A stretch of 64,000 bases of DNA from Tubiluchus corallicola (Eukaryota > Animalia > Priapulida), in contig JAQGDQ010000242.1 in the NCBI GenBank assembly GCA_030141605.1, positions 62,001 through 126,000 of the forward strand, in the 5' to 3' direction. Shown here one piece after another: positions 11,301-26,300 of the stretch. The notes below the pieces were generated by a model, which made no database searches, was not told the origin of the DNA, and saw only the letters and a list, made by a program, of their open reading frames with translations. Position numbers and translations under genes: made by a program. Numbering within the stretch: position 1 is the first letter of the stretch; every line of letters starts with the position of its first letter.

Positions 11301-14300
11301 ATTTTAGCAACTTTTTTACTTTACAAATGATAAAATCAAACTCAGTGAATTTGCATGGAGTTTTTGAATAGACTAAGCATCCAACATAAAAAGTCTTTAT
11401 TGGATTAAGCATGGCTAACAACAAAAACATACTGTATCAGTAATTTCAGGTAAGACAAATAATTGAGGTAAACAAAAAATCAGTTGCAACTACAAGAACT
11501 ATTTGTGACGAAAAAACAAGAACTATTGGTGACGGAAAAAGATTTTTAATTTACTACATATTTAAATGAGCAATTTTAAGCATACTTTGTCAACACCTCA
11601 CGATTATGTGAGTAAAGGTTTATCATGTGCAATCTATATTACATTAACTAAGACAATTGTGTGGATTATCTTACCACAGGTGATGGATGATCCCCATTTA
11701 AACTTTGACAGTACTGAGCTATTAGATGATGCTCATCTTCGCTGCAAAAAAATACAAAACAGAAACTTATTATAAAGCTGAAAAAACATTTGGAAAATGT
11801 TCCATTATGTTCCAAGTGTTTGAAAAGTTGGCATTATTATATCCTTGCAAAGTGACGTGATAGTACAACTACTATTATCATAACACTAAAACCATTGACT
11901 TTATCTTGACCACCTTCATTTACAAAACAAGGAACAAATACAGAAATATGTGTACAACGACGAATTGAAAATATACACCTTAGATATTTGTAACTTGCCT
12001 ATTCACGGCAAGCAGACGATATAAACGTTGGCATTTTTGGCACTTCTTTCGCTAAACAATGTGCAAATTATCTGATAAAAGCCAACGCGTGTGCAGAAAT
12101 GTGGCATCATGCGAAAGTCGTGTGCTGAAAGTGTTATGAAAAACAAAGAGGATCTACAAACATTTTACTATAAAGAAATCATTGGTAAAAACTTCAATTA
12201 GTCTTTAGTGATTTTAACAAGTGACATGCAAGTATATTAACATCAAAAAGTTTGTATTTCCTCCCAGACAGATTTTCAAATGTTTTAACGTGAATTTTCA
12301 AAGTTAGCCACCAATAAATATCTGTGGTCTCGGAAATTTCCCAATGCTTCCAGAAATCAGTCACTGCAGGACTGTTGTATAGCAGCTCAGCATACTTACG
12401 ATTCCGGTGTGGAAGAGCTCCGTGTCCGGTTGTGCTCCACCTCAGCTAGCCGACTAGCATATAATTCCATTCTCGAGTGCATCTCTTGCGAACCTGAAGC
12501 TGGCGTGTGCAGTGGACTCTCCATACTATCCCCTTCATCCACGGACTGCACCGGTAAATAACCGAGACGCGGATGCTTCTTGAAATAGCTTTTCGACCGG
12601 AACTTGTTCTTCATACACTTGGTAAGATCTCTTACATCACTTCCAGTTGTCGTCTACAACAATTATTATGCAGTCAGTAGAAGTGAATTCATCACCAGAA
12701 AAATAAATTAAAATGTCACGGCCAGAAATAACCAACAAATTGGATGTGGATTTAACTATGATTGAATGAAGCCGCAGTTATTACTAAATTTCTGAAACTG
12801 AAGTTGACTGAAAAATGGAAACATGACAAGTCAATGCTAAATTGGATTTAACACGGAACGTTATAAGTTAGACCAGATGGTCATTATAATTACAGCAAGC
12901 TTTAATTAACATTGACTGGACAATAGGTTAAGACAATGAACAAAAGATCTCTGGTACATTTCCAGCATTCAGTTGAGACTTTTTGCACTAATTTCTTTTT
13001 GGTTAACTTTAAATTGAAAACTAATAAGTGTGCATTTATTTTACCATTAATATTGCAATGGAAATTATAAAGAATTAAAGACAATGATCTTTGCATGATT
13101 TTAGTTGTACAAGACAATACTACATACTGCACTAATGTTGCAGGCACATTCGACTGATAAGAAAATGAACAAGAAATGTGAATTAGAATGAGTGAATAAA
13201 CTGACCATTTAAGCACTTAAATATTGATTATTAGCAAAATTTTAACTACTTACTGGAATGGCATACTCTTGTACTTGATGCGTTATCTTGTGATTTTTTG
13301 ATTTACGCCCAGAAAAGAAACAGTTTTGACACATGTCAAAATTGAAACATTTTAAGCACCGGTATCTAAAAACAGAAAAAGCTGCTTCATTTATTTGAAA
13401 TATGAATTGCAGCATATTTCCTAGAAAAGAAATCATAGAAATAAAGAAACGAGATCCTGATAATTTCGGTATCAAACTATCAAAAATTTTAAGCGTCTCC
13501 TTTTTTCTTCAAATCATTAACTGCAATGGGCAATAAAATGTTGTGAAATAACTCGCATTTGTTTATCAACATTTTAGGATTAACAGTCATAATCTAATTA
13601 ATAATACCAATCATATATTTCTCAGTAATTGTTCGTATGTCAAACACTTTTATAATTTACTCAAACTCTACATCAGGCATATTTTCCATAGACTAACACT
13701 TTTACCAGCTGCACGGTACCTGACTGCTATAAACTAGCTGAATATATTTGTGAAGTTTTTTTTGCAATTCACTAATAATATGTTGCCACAAATATAGTGA
13801 GGAAACAGACAAGACAAAAGTTAACAAAGTTGATTCTTTCATTTGGAACTTTTGTACTTTGCCTAATTATGCTAATCACAGTAACCAAAAACACACTTTA
13901 ATTTTGCAAATTTAGAAATTTACAACATAAGCTACTTTTAGCAGTGCTATTCAGGGCAAACGCTAAAGTAACTGCGCACCTGAAACCCACAATAGGGAAC
14001 ATCTTGCATATGTTGCACTTAGCTTGGTGTTTAGCACTCTCGGCAGCAGCTAAGCGGTGCAACACGGGCATCCAAACTGTCGACTGAGGTTCTTTCTTCA
14101 TCCACTGAAGAAAATCAGTAGCTTGAACTTCTGGTTTGTTGTCCGTCTGAAAAGACCGTTAGTAAAGCAATGATGACGAAAAATTAGGGAAGGATTATCC
14201 TATAGGCTAGCATAAACTGCACCCTAGGGCCCCTCAAGCTTGGGAGGCCTCAAGATTGGTAACATTTGGTAAAATATCTGTTTTTTTTCATTTTGGTTGT

Positions 14301-17300
14301 GTTAGAATATGCGCTAATTTGGTTGGTAATAAATTCAAAAATAGTGGTATTTCTTAAAGAACATTTTTATTGACAAACAAAAGATAGCTATTATAATTTA
14401 ATTCTAAAGAATTGGCAATACTTTATTTCAAACTATGTAAGAGCCACTAAAATATAACAGTAGTAAAAAATATTCAAGACGGCGAGATAATGTGGCTCCG
14501 TCTAAGAGGGACCCATAATGTCTTTAATCTAGGGACCCACAAAGGTTGTAATCCAGCCCTGGCAAAAATTAAATCGTTTAGTACTCATATGGAGTTAACA
14601 TAACTACAGTTGCAAAAAAACGTAATTTCAACTTACACTTTCGAAGCAGCTTCGAACACTTGGTTCAATGTTACTACCTCCAAATGCCGCAACTTCGCCC
14701 ATTTGCCTTGGTAACTGGATGTAATCGTGCAGTAGCAAACCGAGCTTTCTCTGATCAGCCATTCCGTTGGAATCAGCGATCAGTCGGAATATGTATCTAT
14801 GTTAGAGAATGACATAAGGACTCCAGCAAAAAACTACAGATAATGTAAAGAGCTTCAAGCCAGATCCATGCACAAATTATACAATTATTATATGCATCAT
14901 TACTTTTCAATTTTGAGAGGAAATATCCTCGAAAGCAAATGGCGAATTACTACAGCGATTAAAATATTAAGCAAATCGTAATTCTTTTGTTCATTTGTTA
15001 CTGTGTGAGAAGAAAATTGTCTCTGTAAATGCAAATTATGCCTAACTCTGATAAAGCTTTGAAGAAAACTGGTATCCTTTTATGCACAGCAATTGGCACA
15101 AATGTGTACTAATATATTTACAGAAGTCAAGAAACAGTTGAACTGTCTGTATGCCAGAGTACTCTTTGCTGGTGTTTAAACATTTGCTGCAGTATGTACT
15201 GAAAAAGTACGGAAGAAATGGTTTCCACACTTACGTAAATAAACAAATAAACATTTGCGCTTGAAAAAATGCTCTTTAAAGGGTTATAAAATTTTATACC
15301 ATAGAGAACTTGCTCAAATGCAGCTGATAATGGAAAGATTGCTGTTACAAGCTACTGAGAGACACAAGATTTGTACACCCATCATTCATAAGCATTGTTC
15401 TATCTTACTTTAAAATAATAAATAAAAACACTATAAAAGGGGGATCGTTTAGCAAGAGTAATGGAGAAAACTTACCTATATTTGTCTTCCAGATGACCGC
15501 TACACAGTAGAATGATTGCGACTTTAAAAGACAAAACTCTGACCTGACCCATTCTTCCCCTGTCAATAAATAAGCAGTTAGCTTTTGACTAAGTTAATAA
15601 AATAAAGTACTTGAAAATGAATTTATTTCCACTGTCACACAAGTATTTATTCAGCGAATGATTGTTTGATACGAGGAAGAACTAAAAGAGACTTACGAGT
15701 CGTAACAGTTGAGCAACCAGTTGAGGGTCAGATCAACGGATAGCGGAACATTTATAAAATTGGGATGGTCCTCGTCCACGTTTTCATAAATCGTTGACAA
15801 ACAAGTGACCATCTCATCACAGTTCATCACTTTGTCATTTTGAGCTCTTAAGCCGTGACGGTCGAATGCGGTAATGGCAAAGTTGATCTTTAACAAATGC
15901 ACTGAAAAATATACACAGTCATCAACCTTGAGTTGTTCAGTCAACAGCAAAACTTAAACAAGCTGCAAAAAATTGTGTTCCACACAAACAGTAAGATCTA
16001 TATATAAATGTTAATGACGTATACAATATTAAGTATGGACTGAGTGGCAGAGAGGTTTTATACCGCAAAAGTTGTCCCGTTGGCCGAGGAGAGCATGCAA
16101 GGAAAACAAACATGGTATGAAACCTGTATACTACAAAGAGGTGGCTTATGAGGTTCAACTATGTAAAAACAAAGAGTTATAAAATGTTTATACCTAAGTT
16201 TTCACTGCATCAACTTATATAGCTTCAAGTTCAGTATAAAAGAAGTACAGTAAATTTTTCAGTATAATAGACAAATGACATATTTTAACCAATGTGCATC
16301 TGAATTACAGCTATACCCAACCAGCAGCGCCAGACATACTTAACCGAAATACATAACAATTAACTAGTCAAAAATGGTTTGACCTTATTTACCATAGCTG
16401 TTTCGAAGAACAGTGCAATAGAAATCTTGTATTACTGTCATGCAGCGAAAGTATAACTTGTATTTTAGGCAGCCAGATGTGTAGACTTCTTCCTAATACT
16501 GGACAATAACTTGTTTAAAATAACAGCACTGACTTACACATTTTAATGGAGTATAAGAAAGCACCTGACCAGTAAAATGAACACAGAAAGTTAATAGAAT
16601 TTAGTGATTTCTACATGTTTTATACAATTATGCAAGACTTACAGCCGAGGTGCTTCTGTAACAAGCGAAGTTTCATGGCAGTGCGATACGCAGCAAACCT
16701 AACGTCATTCAAATCGGCTGTAAAAAACAAGTAGTTTCTTATAAAATTCAAACTTTACCTTCTGTGTCAATCTGTGCTATTTCAGACAATGGATGAGACA
16801 AGGTAAATGGATTAGTGTCTTCAAATATGCACAGTCAAATTAAAAAATGTTAATTTCGAACCAGTTGACAAATACAGCAAGTTGTTTATAGTAACATTTC
16901 TGATATGATATAACTTCAACTTGTCCTCAGATACGCCTAATGAACACCATGGAATTACTTTTGTAAAAAAGAGTGCCAAGAATCAATGTAACTGGATTAG
17001 TTTACACCTATTACTTATTTTGGAAAGTAGATATCTCTACTACAGCTGAAGCTAAAAAATCATTGACTTGAGAAAAAAGCAATAAATCAAACACACTAAC
17101 ACATCAAAGAAAATCTTTACTAGCAGATAATCGGCGGTCAAAAACTAATAAGCAATTTTAAGTATGGCGACCCACTTCAATTGATCTGCTAATAAAAACC
17201 GTCATCAAATTTCCACTGACATAAACTTGTCACATTTATGACTTTTATAGGGACATAGGACAAGATTTGTGTTGTGTCCGTGTCTTAAATACACAATTCT

Positions 17301-20300
17301 ACAGAAGTCAGTTTTAAATTCTCACATTAAAATACCAATGTCTAGATCCCTAAGGTGTCTATATTTAAGTGACTAAATACATTGCTTTTGATGTATATAC
17401 TTACCTAACTGCTGGTTGAACTCTGTCATTTTTGGATGGTCCCATTTTGTAGACTCGGTTGAATGACTGTAATAATAAAAAAATTGAAACTGATATTAAA
17501 AAATCTAACATAGTTGTAGTTTATCGAAGCAACCCTATTATGTTTCAACTGGACTTGCTTAAAAGATTCAAGACATTAAGATAAATCAGTAGGAACCAGA
17601 TTACGTGAAAAGAACAATAACCTGCACTAAAATTACACTCACATCTCAGTTTAGCGGATCCCGCTTATAGGGATATCGGAAGAATCGGACAAATTTTGGA
17701 CTGTTAAAATGTTCCGCATACTACGGAACAGTCCGTTGTTTTGTGAGATGACCGCTAGTTGGCGAACCATCACTTTGTTTACATCATTACATCTGTGTAA
17801 CTAAGGAGCGTGCAACGACTGTACTTAAACGTGATTGTTTCTACGTGTATTATAGTATGTATTATATTATTTTATCACAAAAGTATCTTATTAGTATTTT
17901 ATTTAAGCATGTGCAGAGTTATTTGAGTCAACTGCAGACAGTTTGGCATACTTTTGCACAGAAACGGCCTGTACTAGATGTGTTTTGAGACAATAACGCG
18001 ATTGATATTACATTACCGTGAGTCTAATACACGATGCCTACTGTATTAGCTTAGAATGGGTAAATACAGACAATCAGCAAATTCGGACTGACATCTCCAC
18101 GCCTTTGTCAGGCAAACCGAGATTTTTGGGTCACAGGAGTCTTAAATTTCGAATTAATTAGCAAGTCATCTTTAGTTGATACCTTAGAGTGTTTTGATCA
18201 GGATACACAACTAATTGCTTCAAATGCCTTATACAGTAATTAATGGATTGTTACAAGCCAATATCTTAGAATGTGAACTCGGGTAGTATTGCGCAAACAG
18301 TTTTCTTTGCCACGTGATTTCGAAGGTTGCACCGTTTGATTGTAAAATGACAAACAAAAAAATTCAATTTAAACTTACTTTATGAAGTAAGGCACTTTAC
18401 TCGCGGTAACTCTTCTTTCCCATGGACTATCCACAGTGACTAAATTAACAAGAAATCACAAATCTTGGTATTAAAGATCTGCCACGTAAAAATTAAGTCG
18501 ACATTAAAATTAGAGGCAAAAATTAAACTTTCATTGCATAAAATGATGCTAATTTGATGAAGATTGGAAAAACAAACTGACAAATAAAAATTACAAACTG
18601 TCCAGGTTTACGAGAAATATGAATCAGCCGACGAGATACAGACAATCATTCTGTAAACAGCTGTTATGCTCAACACACGCTAAACATTTTTCAACAGGCA
18701 AACCTGAAAAATCAAGATAATTTAAAAAAGGAAAAATACCATTTAAGAAAGACTGGGGAGAGCTTCCCTGGTCATCAGCAGATAGTTCTTGTACATGCTG
18801 GACACGGTCATCCGTGCTCACTTGTAACACGTTCCACCTAGCGTTTAGTTCGTCCACTTTCTGCACTGTAGGCGTGGACAATTGCACGCCATCGCTGGCT
18901 AGGTCGCCGGCCTGACCATTCATTTCGTCCACTTGTTCCCTGATTGGTGCTATAGTATTTCTAAATTTCTGTAACACGAAATAATGACAATTAATAGCTA
19001 AAACAGAAAATATAAAATAAGACAAAAAAGATGGGAGAAAGAACGTGTTAAGACAGTATTTTGTAGTGTAGCAAGTAAGAGTGTTACAAGTAGTGTATGG
19101 AAAAGGTACATCTCATCTACATTTAATATGTTAGCATTTAGGTGTTTCATTCCTCGAGGATATAGGTAGTCGTCAACTTACGACGTATGTAACCTATGAA
19201 TGCTCGACTTTACGACCAGAGCCCAAGTTAACTAACTAATTACTCAAGACTAACTATAACTCTCATTTCCTATTCTATTCTATCAAAAAGTCCATTTCTA
19301 TCCTAGAAATGAACTTTTTAAGAGTTCTAATTTGCACATCAAATCTATTTTAGAGTGTGATACTTATATTCATTCTACTCTGCATACGAAATGTAGATCA
19401 ATTCTATTCCATAGACCTAACGATTTTACTACTTGAATTTATAAGTTTTAATCAATATGTTTATTGATTGTGTGTTAATGTAAACATTAACTGATAATCA
19501 TATAAATGTAATGATAGTCATATAATCATGTGCTTGTATATTATGCGTTTGTGTCCGATTAATTTAACCTTTATATTTAGTAATTAGATTTTAGTTAAGG
19601 CAATTTTAATTTCACGGATTTTATGTAATGTATTTTATATGGACTGTTCTTGTCTGAAATAAAATTATAATCACTCAATCAATCTATCTATTTTTTCAAC
19701 AAACAAACTTTAAATCACAAGCTATTACGAAATTCATCCACAGGTGTGCCACCATACTCAGTGCGTGTACACACAACCTAGTATGTCTTGCATGTAGGGT
19801 TACTGCTTGAACGTACGAGTCCGACTTGTGTCAAAGTTGTACGACTAATCCGGTGGAACCAAATGTCATTGTAAGTCAACGACTACCTATGTTTTGAATT
19901 TGATAGTATTCTTCAAGGTACAACTACAGTGTTAATAGAACACCTCAAACTTAATTATATTAATGATTGAATTAATCATAGAATCTCAGCCTTACTACTT
20001 AGCAACATAAAAACATTTTTACATGGTTTATTTCGGAAGTACTATTTCCATGCAGTAATCACTGGTTACAACACGCATCAGTGTATGGTAAATTTTACGT
20101 TACACAAACTTGCATTATCTACTATGCAAAGACCCAATTATTCTGTTACTATTTATACAACACTGTTTCAGTACCAACAGATATTTCTTCCAAAAGTAGT
20201 ATTAATTATTGAAAGAATAATTTTTGGCTATAAATAATAGCGTTGCAACAATAACGATACCCTAATTTCTTCTAATTTTTCAGGCACTTGATCAGCACTA

Positions 20301-23300
20301 ATTTCTTGGATGGGTTCCCACTTTGCTTTCTGTCTCTCGGCGTTTTCAAGTTTTGCGTCCAAGTCTTTCATGGCTTTCTGATGACGGATGAGTTTCTGAA
20401 ACGACATGACAATTTACTAATGATGGTGACGACGACGACGATGATAATGAGGGTAGTGACGAGCAGAATTAACGGTGGATCACCTCAAATGCAATGTTAT
20501 AAACATTTCGATATTTGCATAAAGATGGGTTCATTCTGAACTTACCGTCAATATGTCATCGAGCAGTAACTGCCAATCATCAGCGTCCTTGTCCAAATCC
20601 TTCCAAACCTTGTCCAACTCTTGTACGTTGTGACCAATCTTCTGAGCTATCTCCTGGGCCTGGTCTTCTGGCGATTTGGGAGACGAAGGTTCTTCTGTAA
20701 AAATGTATTGACATAAATTTTACGAATTTTCCGGGTGTAAAAAGTAACGGCAACGATCGGACAAAATGTCATTGCAGTAGACACATAGAATGAGCTTTAG
20801 GTGTTACGTGCACTCAACATAAACTTGAATATAGCAAAAGTAAAATAACAGCTTAAACACAAAAACCAGCATCACTCAAAACCATTTTTAAGTTAATATG
20901 AAACTTTGTTAAAAGTATACAGTTAAACCCCATTATAATGCTAACCTCACTTAACACCCAGATTTTTGGCAAAACAAAATATATCTACATTTGTATAAAC
21001 ATATACGTATGAATGCACCTGATCATAATGCCAAACTCGCTTAATGTCAACGTTTTCTAGAGTTTCAAAGTAGGCAGTATAAAGAGGTTCGGCTGTAATG
21101 GATCACTCTAAGACCATATTTTTGTCATTAAGAATTAATCACAAACCATTCAAAAACCATTTAGTACTTGAAAACAATACAGGTATTTTGTTTACAAATT
21201 GCAATTACGACACGATCCAAGCCACAACACCAGATACAAAAATGGATACATACCATCGTCGGGACTCTCCCGCTGTTGGTTCACCACATCATCGAGATCG
21301 TCCAGGTATTTGCGACCAGTGGTCAGTGTTTGAGTTATTACCGGACGCTTTTCTTCTATCTTCTTACACAGTGCTCGATGGTTGTCCACCTTTGATGAAA
21401 ATATCAGTTTCATTGCAATTAATGAATAAGAATGATCTAGTGCAAAGCAGTGCAAAAGAAGTGCAAGTGTGTGGGTATCGACTAACATATAATATATGCC
21501 AGGGTGCACCACTGACTCACCATGCCAGTGTGCACCACTGACTCACCATGCCAGTGCACACCACTGACTGACCAAAAATATTAAATCTTATTGACAAGAT
21601 ACAATAATTTATGCTTTCGCTTAATTAGCGAAGGGCATTCTATGAATGGTGTGATTATTTTTTCAAACTTGTTTCAAACGATTTAAAATTAGAATTGCTA
21701 GACTTAGCGGTCATCACAGGAATTCAAATTTTCAGTATTATACACTGTTATTATTAATACAAACTCTATGCACAATAAGACAGTATGCAGCTGATGCAAA
21801 TTTTAAAGATGATTTTTTTTAGCTTTATGTAACAAAAGGGTTTTCTTGTGCTTTAAATAAAACCTCAGACCAGCACAGGCATAGCCTTCCACAATATTTC
21901 TCTACTGGAGTTAACTTAGTGCCCGCTTAGGACAGACCATGCATATACTTGTATGACCCTCACCTGCTTCTGAACTTCAGGGATACTTCCTTTGGCTGGT
22001 TTTTCACTATTCAGTATTCGCTGTCGATCGTTAACCCACTGTATAAGATCTTGTAGATTTTCGGTAACTTTTCTCCATTGATCTGCATTTGTTTCAAGAG
22101 CCGCCCTAAAAACATTAAAAAAGAGTTGACAAAAATTTCTTTAATCATGTTGAACATTAAAGTCTTGAGTTCTCTAGATGTTATAGTGACAAAGTCAGTT
22201 TCCAAGTCAGAAAGTTTCTAAACATTGCCAAGTTTCTAAATAATGCTATAGGATACATTACAGCGACAACTTGCACATAATTTAATAATTTTGGCTTACC
22301 TGATGGCAAGTGACTGTGTGCGCAGGTTGTCCCATCTCTTGTTCATTTCATCCATCTTGCGTTGCAGCATCTGTGCATCATCCCGAGCATCCATCCCGTG
22401 CACGAGGCGCTTACCTGTGTCACCGAGCGACTGGTAAACATTACGATGATTATCTATTTCCGATTGCAAATCCTGCAGAAAAATAACGTAACTCTTTATT
22501 TATTCAAACTCAGTGAAACCTGTTGCCTTCTTCCACTGGAACTGGTAGATACATCAGTTTGAATTTGAATCGGTATGGAAATAAAGTTTTTCTGTACACT
22601 TATTTAGGACTAGAGAAAGTGTTTCCTTTCTCACAGATGTTATAGTTCTTAACATCTACCTGTCTAGCTGACATGAAAATGAAATTATCATTGAACACCC
22701 ATCCACTTATAAACCAGATCAAACTTTGTGAACTACATGCCTACCTGGAGTGCATGCAAAACCAACATTGTGATGTCAATGATTAAGCGTCTTAGCAGAA
22801 ATAACAAGCCTTAATTCATAATGTCATAATGTGAATTCACAACTATGTTTGTGGAATTGTGCACTTTGGTTTACCGGATTTTTTAATTTCTGATGTCTCA
22901 ATGCACAAGTATATTAGAATATAGATATGGTACGTTTTTACATTATTTAATAGTACTGTTGTATAAGCCAATAAAGAAAAGTTCGCCTTCTGAAAGTTAA
23001 TATATATGTAATTAGTCACTACGGCTCTCAAGTAATTGAAGGGGTTTCACTTAGTGGGCAGCAATTTACTGATTACTGGTTGATTTTCAGATCAGAAAGC
23101 TTAGCGCACAGGTTAATGGGTTCTAATCAAATATGTATTACCATGAAGCCATTTAAGGTGAATAAATAGGTGAGGCAGGTAGTTAATTACGGTACCGATT
23201 TCATTAGCGAAATTCAATGTAACCCGATGACAGAAAAGCCGGAGGCATAAGGTACTTAAATAAAATGTTTTATGAAATAAGTACACCTAATAAAAAAAGT

Positions 23301-26300
23301 TAAGCATAATTCGTAATTTATTATCCACTTCAGAATCATTTTACATTACAACCTGCATTACCACATTAGTTACAATAATTGTAACAAAATTATATTGATA
23401 TGCTATTATGTGGTGTAGTTAAGAAAAAATACAAATATAGTTACAATAATTGTAAAAGAACTATAATAATAAAGTTATTAAACTACATAATAGTTTATCA
23501 ACCAGAAATGTACGCTGCATAATGGTCAAGAAGCAAAGCTTGTGAACCCACCATGAAAAGTGAAAAAAAAACTGCTTAGAGACAGAATTATAGAAAAACA
23601 GAAAATAGTAGTGATAAAGATGCAGAGTAAAGATGGAGAAAAAGAGAAAAGAAATGAAATGGAAAGGAGTTCAGCAGAAAGTGTGACGCAAAGTATGAAA
23701 ATATGAACTGTAAAATAACGAGTCGCGGGACGTACTGTGACTATCAGTACTTCACGGAAAAACCCAAAGAATGCATTATAAGCAGGATTTGAGTAGAAGA
23801 GATTTCATATATTTTTTAAAGACATATGATGTTCGATGCATTGTAATATAAATTGATATTTTATTCTATAATTTGGAGCGGTAAATATTACAAAGTCTCT
23901 GGCAACATTGGTCGTACAAAATGAAATATCATACTCATTAAATCTGGTAAGGTGATATCAATGATTACGTACGACAGGATTTATGACATTGATGTTGAAC
24001 AGAAATTCTACTTTAATAATAATTCTGTTAAGTAATTTCAAGCAGGGCTGATATCGGTGCTTTCGCAGTACTACATCAACACGTGAACTGTCAATATCAT
24101 CAAATTTTAATCATAGACTGTCTGGCGTGCGTTTATTGCAATACTGCAAATTTAATAGGTTTACGTAACAGGCTAATGTGCATTTTAATAAGTTAGTATA
24201 AGCGATAAACTTTCTGTTGGTGTTCTCTCTGAGTACACTATTCGTTTTTATGTTCTCATCTTGTTTGTAAAATTATAACATACATGAGGCTGAAATAAAA
24301 TAAAAAACAACTAAATTATTGTTTAATAGTTTGTAAAGTAGATTTCAGCAGTATAAAATGTTTATTTCGACAAATCTTCATGTTCAAAAATTAAATAATT
24401 TATAACATGCATGTATTATTCTAAAATGTGTCAGGAAGAAACACGTTATAATTATGTTCTCATATTATGAGAAAAATGAACGAAACCCAAGATAAACGAC
24501 AGACCTGCAAAGGAAGGAATAAATCATCATGCATGACTGAGCGACGAACTTCAACCATCTCTCACCTGTATGCATTTTTCAAGTAACCGACAAAACTCTT
24601 CGTGATTCGGTGTGCCGAAAATTCGAACTTTCATCCGTAAACACGAGTTCGGAACCCGTTCGGCGGAACGGTGACGCGATGTGGAACCTGTTCCCATTGA
24701 TGATGACACCAGTAGGACGTACATAATCTTGCACAAGCATTTAGATTTCAAGCGTGAGACATACCACTCCCCGAAACTGGGATCAGCAAACAGGTGTGTG
24801 CAGAAATCTACCTCGGTTCAGCAGCATTTCAGGCATCAGAACAAATTTCAACTGACACTGGATTAGAATAAAACACGCACCATATGCCAAGCACTCGCTA
24901 CAATGCGCTAATTAACCTAAACTCTCTTATCAGTTACGATAAGAGCTTCACGAAGGAAGAAGAGAGCGTACCATCACACCGAGTCGTCAACTCAACATTT
25001 AACAAGCTGGCTGCTGCAGCCTTACGAAAGACTTAATTAAGCACAGTCGCGCAAGCAATAATTTTACCCACAGCGCACTGGGAGGCTGCGATATTTACCA
25101 ATTAAGCCAACCAGATTTACTATACAGAGACGTATAATAATGTTTAGTAACCTAGATATAGGAATGTGCACCACAATGGCCCACGCGAACTAAACTATTT
25201 TTTCGTTTGTTTTTTCACGCTCACTACAAAAGCAAATTAGATGGACAAACTGCTGCACAGCGGAGTAAGCAAACATGCAGTTATAAAGGACAAATTAACA
25301 CAACAGCGAAATGTGATACACAAATCACAGTCAGACTAACAATGCTCATTAGAATACTTAAAGCTAGTCCCCAGCGCATAAACATACAGTACATTTGATT
25401 TTGTCATAAATCTGACATTGAACGCTCAGCCAAGGTTAACTGCCCGCTATTTTTTCAAATACACTTGTACGACTCAAACAAGAATCTGTGTGCGCGTTTT
25501 TTAATTTCTTCTTTTATTCTTCGATTTTTGCACTTTTTACTTACGATTACTTATATAAAAGCCTAATCTGATGATAACGATGACGACAAAGATGATAATG
25601 AAGACGAAGTCTGTTAATAGCTGCCAACAATGCAGGCAGGTGAAGAAGAATAACTTTACTACGCATTCATTAATAGTTATAATTACTGGGAAGAGTCAGT
25701 GGAATACTCTGTCTACTCAATGAAATACCATTTTTTTATACAAATCACCCCGCCAAAGCCAGTGGCCACTCCACAAAAAGTAAAAAGTGAAAAAAAAACG
25801 AAATATAATTTTCGACAGGTCAAAAAAATGGAATCCTCAAAACTCTAAAACTAGTTCGATAGTAACTTGAGATGATTCCTAAAGAAAGTGAAATTATAAT
25901 TAACATGGAAAGAATTTCCGATAAAGAATTCCAAAAAGAAGAAGCCCAAGTTAGGTTCATATGGGGCTGCACCTAAGCATTTCAAGGCAAAATGAGCAAA
26001 ACAAGGAGTGTCAGTGAGAGCACCTTCCACAAATGCCACAAAAGAGCACAAAAGTCAGGCTTCGAAACGCAACAGATTACAGGGTTGACTCCAGACCAGA
26101 TCCAATACAAGTGTGCAATTTTGAAATGGTCTAGGTCACACAGTGAGGCACCATATCAGAAGTTACTACAGTACACAATGAATTTTGAATACACACGTGG
26201 TGTAAACAGAAGTACTAACAGGAATGTCTTTTTTACAGTAGGGTTACATTCATCCCACTTTTTTCTTTCTCCCACCTAAGATCAGAACACAAAATCGCTA

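Noticed and set aside
23720-24305. Possible LINE 3' remnant ending in AATAAA repeats
   Set aside because: Too degenerate to assign a motif by eye.
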